Source: a virus. From it: a DNA stretch of 64,000 nucleotides. The stretch lies in IMG/VR virus record IMGVR_UViG_3300031992_000005, positions 289,026-353,025 of that record. The stretch is one strand, 5' to 3'. Below the pieces are notes generated by a model that searched no databases, was not told where the DNA came from, and saw only the letters and a program-made list of their open reading frames with translations. Position numbers and translations under genes: made by a program. Positions 61,274 to 64,000 of the stretch are shown here, in pieces; the first letter of the stretch is position 1, and each line of letters opens with the position of its first letter.

Positions 61274-61895
61274 TGTAAACTATCTCGTAATTAAACTTAA
61301 TGGGTATATCTCTTACACGTCCATTTAAATAATTAGACCCAAGTATATCTAGGTGAACCTTTGCCTGCTCGAACCCAAGCTTGTTATTTTCATTAGCATT
61401 AAATTCAGCCAACTTTCGTGTACTTCCTCCTTCATACGAAAAGAAAATATCGTCTGTCAAAGTTATAATAAAATTTTCTTTGATATATTTATAATTAATT
61501 ATATCTCGAATACTATAATATTCAATTGATCTTATAGATTCATCAGGTAACGATAAATTACGAGTTAGATCTAAAGATAGCTTACCTTTTTGTTGATTTG
61601 CTATAACACGTAATAGTCCCTCCTCCGCAGAAGGATAACTTAGGTAACCCTTACCTCTAAAATCTATCAATAACTCCCTATTACACAGGGGTAATGGTAA
61701 ATTTCCCCAAAGATAAGGATCACTTATGTATTTATGTGTAGGTATTAATATATACTTTTCATCCCTCGATAAACTCCAGGGGAACTGATAAATATCAAAC
61801 TCTTCTGTAATTGCTATTAACCGAGGATAATTATTTTTAGTTTCAATTGCAAAAAATGACTCTAAAATTTCTTCTCGTTTTAATTCTACTACCAT
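61257..61895 (-). CDS. Paralog-array gene 1 (family 1), unknown function
   Basis: 212 aa. EEILESFFAIET...FPWSLSRDEKYILIPTHKY. First gene of the minus-strand block. Confidence 0.6.
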   Translation of the reverse strand: MVVELKREEILESFFAIETKNNYPRLIAITEEFDIYQFPWSLSRDEKYILIPTHKYISDPYLWGNLPLPLCNRELLIDFRGKGYLSYPSAEEGLLRVIANQQKGKLSLDLTRNLSLPDESIRSIEYYSIRDIINYKYIKENFIITLTDDIFFSYEGGSTRKLAEFNANENNKLGFEQAKVHLDILGSNYLNGRVRDIPIKFNYEIVYNDCCN

Positions 61896-61927
61896 AAATA
61901 TTATAAATAATTAACATAAATAAGGGA

Positions 61928-62962
61928 ATGAAACCCTTACTACTGTACTATAAATTTCAAGCTATTATGTTAAAATCTACAGAACCAAAGTATTCCTATG
62001 GCGATATTTTTATTAAGCCAGCAGTACTCAGTGACGTCAAGCATAGAATTGATTGTCACGCTTACACTAGTGAAGGATCTCTCCCTATTTTTACAGCACC
62101 TATGGATACTGTAGTTGGGAAGAACTCCTTTAACATTTGGAAAGAAAATAAGATTATTCCCATTTATCCAAGAACTATTTCTTATTCTGAAAGAATTCGC
62201 TTTATGGAAAATGGTGACTGGACTAGTTTTGGGTTAGATGAATTTGTACAACTAACCACGAGCTATAATAAAGAACTGAAAGGAAAGATTCTAATTGAAA
62301 TGGCTAATGGTCACCTGGAAGATCTTTATAAAATTGCAGGTGAAGCAAAAGAAAAGTTTCCTAACCTAACTTTAATGGTAGGAAATATAGGAAATGCTGA
62401 AACTTACAACATAGCCTGTGATTGTGAGATTGATTATATCAGACTTGGTATTGGCGGTGGATCTGGATGTATTACTGCGACACAAACTGGTATACATTAT
62501 CCAATGGCAAGCTTAATACATGAAGCAGCAAGTAGAAAAATGATGAGGTTACAAGGTTTTCGTACAAAAATCATAGCCGACGGAGGAATTAGGAGCTATA
62601 AAGATATCTGCGTAGCTCTTGCCTTAGGTGCGGATTATGTAATGATTGGCGGATTATTATGCGGATTAAAAGAATCTGAAGCACCAATCATTGAAAACGA
62701 AGATGGATCCCTCTCAAAGAAATTCTATGGCATGGCATCTAGAGAAGGACAGACTGCTATGTATGGATCAAAAATAAAAACAGTTGAAGGAAAATCTAAA
62801 CTTGTACCTATAACAGGAACTATTCCTGGATGGGTTGAGAATGCTACTGATTACATTAGATCTATGATGTCTTATATTGGGGCAAAAAACTTAGAGGAAA
62901 TATATGAAAAGGCAGAATGTATAATAGGATCACAGGATACGCTCAACCGAATTAATAAGTAA
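61928..62962 (+). CDS. guaC: GMP reductase-like enzyme (IMPDH/GMPR family)
   Basis: Collinear with E. coli GuaC as I recall it. GIGGGSGCITATQTG matches GIGPGSVCTTR (catalytic Cys loop). IADGGI matches VSDGGC. GADYVMIGGLLCGLKES matches GADFVMLGGMLAGHEES. FYGMAS matches FYGMSS. No CBS insert. The ATG at 61967 (MLKSTEPKYSYGDIFIKP) may be the true start. Confidence 0.8.
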   Translation: MKPLLLYYKFQAIMLKSTEPKYSYGDIFIKPAVLSDVKHRIDCHAYTSEGSLPIFTAPMDTVVGKNSFNIWKENKIIPIYPRTISYSERIRFMENGDWTSFGLDEFVQLTTSYNKELKGKILIEMANGHLEDLYKIAGEAKEKFPNLTLMVGNIGNAETYNIACDCEIDYIRLGIGGGSGCITATQTGIHYPMASLIHEAASRKMMRLQGFRTKIIADGGIRSYKDICVALALGADYVMIGGLLCGLKESEAPIIENEDGSLSKKFYGMASREGQTAMYGSKIKTVEGKSKLVPITGTIPGWVENATDYIRSMMSYIGAKNLEEIYEKAECIIGSQDTLNRINK

Positions 62963-63017
62963 CCTCTCAATGCCTTATTAAAAGTAAACTAGTATTAATT
63001 TTAATTAGGAAAAGGTT

Positions 63018-63518
63018 ATGAAAATAGAAGAAAAGAAACTACCGGTTTTTCTCCCGGTTGTACAAAAGAAAGAGAAAAAGACAAGGAAGTTAATTAAACT
63101 TCGCCAACTGATGGCGGGTATTAATTACATCGAACTCCCAGGATTTCCTGGATTCGTTCCAACTTATATCGGGGAGATAACCCTCTCATTCAAGGAGGCG
63201 TCTTCGATTTTTGGATCGAAAAAATTTCAGTTCAAGATTAATAAAGAAGGAAGGGTAGAGTGTGGATACACCACAGCCGAAGATGTAGAAATGTACCACT
63301 ACCCAATCAATGAAGGTTTTCGCAAACCAGTAGACATTGACTTGTTTGCGAAAAAAGATGAATTTGAAACCTCCGAATACGAGTTTGATAGTATAACGTC
63401 GAACGTATTTCGGAGACACCAAGTAAAGAAGTTTGAAATGCCAGTTAATGTAAAAGTTAACGGCTATATCGAAGAAAAGATCATTATTGTGAAAATCCGT
63501 CACAATAACATGATCTAA
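63018..63518 (+). CDS. Hypothetical protein
   Basis: 166-aa ORF with an upstream purine-rich Shine-Dalgarno-like AGGAAAAGG. Followed by a terminator. No motif recognised. Confidence 0.5.
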   Translation: MKIEEKKLPVFLPVVQKKEKKTRKLIKLRQLMAGINYIELPGFPGFVPTYIGEITLSFKEASSIFGSKKFQFKINKEGRVECGYTTAEDVEMYHYPINEGFRKPVDIDLFAKKDEFETSEYEFDSITSNVFRRHQVKKFEMPVNVKVNGYIEEKIIIVKIRHNNMI

Positions 63519-63533
63519 TACAGTACTATAAAA

Positions 63534-63566
63534 AGATGTACCCTAAAAAGTACGTCTTTTTTTTAT
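63534..63566 (+). terminator. Rho-independent terminator
   Basis: AGATGTAC (63534-63541) pairs with GTACGTCT (63550-63557), 8 bp with one G-U. 8-nt loop, then TTTTTTT(T)ATTTT. Confidence 0.65.
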
Positions 63567-63720
63567 TTTATGCAAAAAATCGCGGCTGTCGGTGTGGCAT
63601 GAATAATGGCCCCTTCGGGGATAAAACTGAAGATATTATATATAATAATATTAAGATAAATGCATTCCATAGGGATCTCTCCTTTCAGTCAAGATCCACT
63701 CCAGCTAAAGCTGGGAACTT

Positions 63721-64000
63721 AAAATTATTTTAATCAATATTTTAACCTAAATTTGGAAATTTATATATATAACCATTAACAGTAGTAAAAATTGCATAAA
63801 ATTATTTTAATCAATATTTTAACCTAAATTTGGAAATTTATATATATAACCATTAACAGTAGTAAAAATTGCATAAAATTATTTTAATCAATATTTTAAC
63901 CTAAATTTGGAAATTTATATATATAACCATTAACAGTAGTAAAAATTGCATAAAATTATTTTAATCAATATTTTAACCTAAATTTGGAAATTTATATATA
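63721..64000. repeat. Perfect 77-bp tandem direct repeats, at least 3.6 copies, truncated by the window end
   Basis: The unit AAAATTATTTTAATCAATATTTTAACCTAAATTTGGAAATTTATATATATAACCATTAACAGTAGTAAAAATTGCAT starts at 63721, 63798, 63875 and 63952. The copies looked identical on direct reading. Confidence 0.9.

Noticed and set aside
63536-63733. 65-aa plus-strand ORF after the last gene
   Set aside because: It begins inside the terminator hairpin and T-run and runs into the tandem repeat. No motif, and the composition is non-coding-like.
63721-64000. Possible CRISPR array
   Set aside because: The whole 77-bp unit repeats identically with no unique spacers between the repeats, and no cas genes are seen. 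It is a plain tandem repeat.

Overview
This window is one continuous, gene-dense, AT-rich stretch (about one-third G+C by eye, not computed). It reads as the tail/late-structural region of a large tailed dsDNA phage or prophage, followed by a differently organised region.

Layout:
- (i) 1-4.8 kb: a battery of small, basic, glycine-zipper proteins sharing an N-terminal leader, with one GNAT acetyltransferase embedded.
- (ii) 4.9-19 kb: a Mu/P2-like contractile-tail baseplate module in canonical order. It runs zinc-ribbon chaperone candidate, 1864-aa tape measure with tail-lysozyme-like and M23 peptidase domains, LysM-like protein, hub, OB/beta-helix spike, an inserted GIY-YIG homing endonuclease, gp25/W-like, baseplate-J-like, gpI-like.
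- (iii) 19-55 kb: an unusually large fibre/receptor-binding module. It has three giant ORFs (2389, 1648, 2883 aa). The 1648-aa ORF carries a lamin-tail-like domain plus a degenerate metallophosphoesterase. The 2883-aa ORF carries a CotH-kinase-like region plus leucine-rich repeats. The module also holds several smaller fibre-like proteins with shared modules and an Amidase_3 lysin.
- (iv) 53.8-54.5 kb: a G10 homopolymer followed by a gene split by a single in-frame TGA.
- (v) 55.3-57.1 kb: multi-TM proteins and a Ser/Thr-type metallophosphatase.
- (vi) 57.1-61.9 kb: the only minus-strand block, eight abutting paralogous genes of two families I cannot assign.
- (vii) A GMP-reductase-like gene, one unknown ORF, a terminator, then perfect 77-bp tandem repeats that run off the window.

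I saw no rRNA, tRNA, CRISPR array, integrase, capsid or terminase gene. Most starts lack a Shine-Dalgarno and many genes are joined by ATGA overlaps. All functional calls come from motif recognition by eye on the supplied translations. No database search was run.
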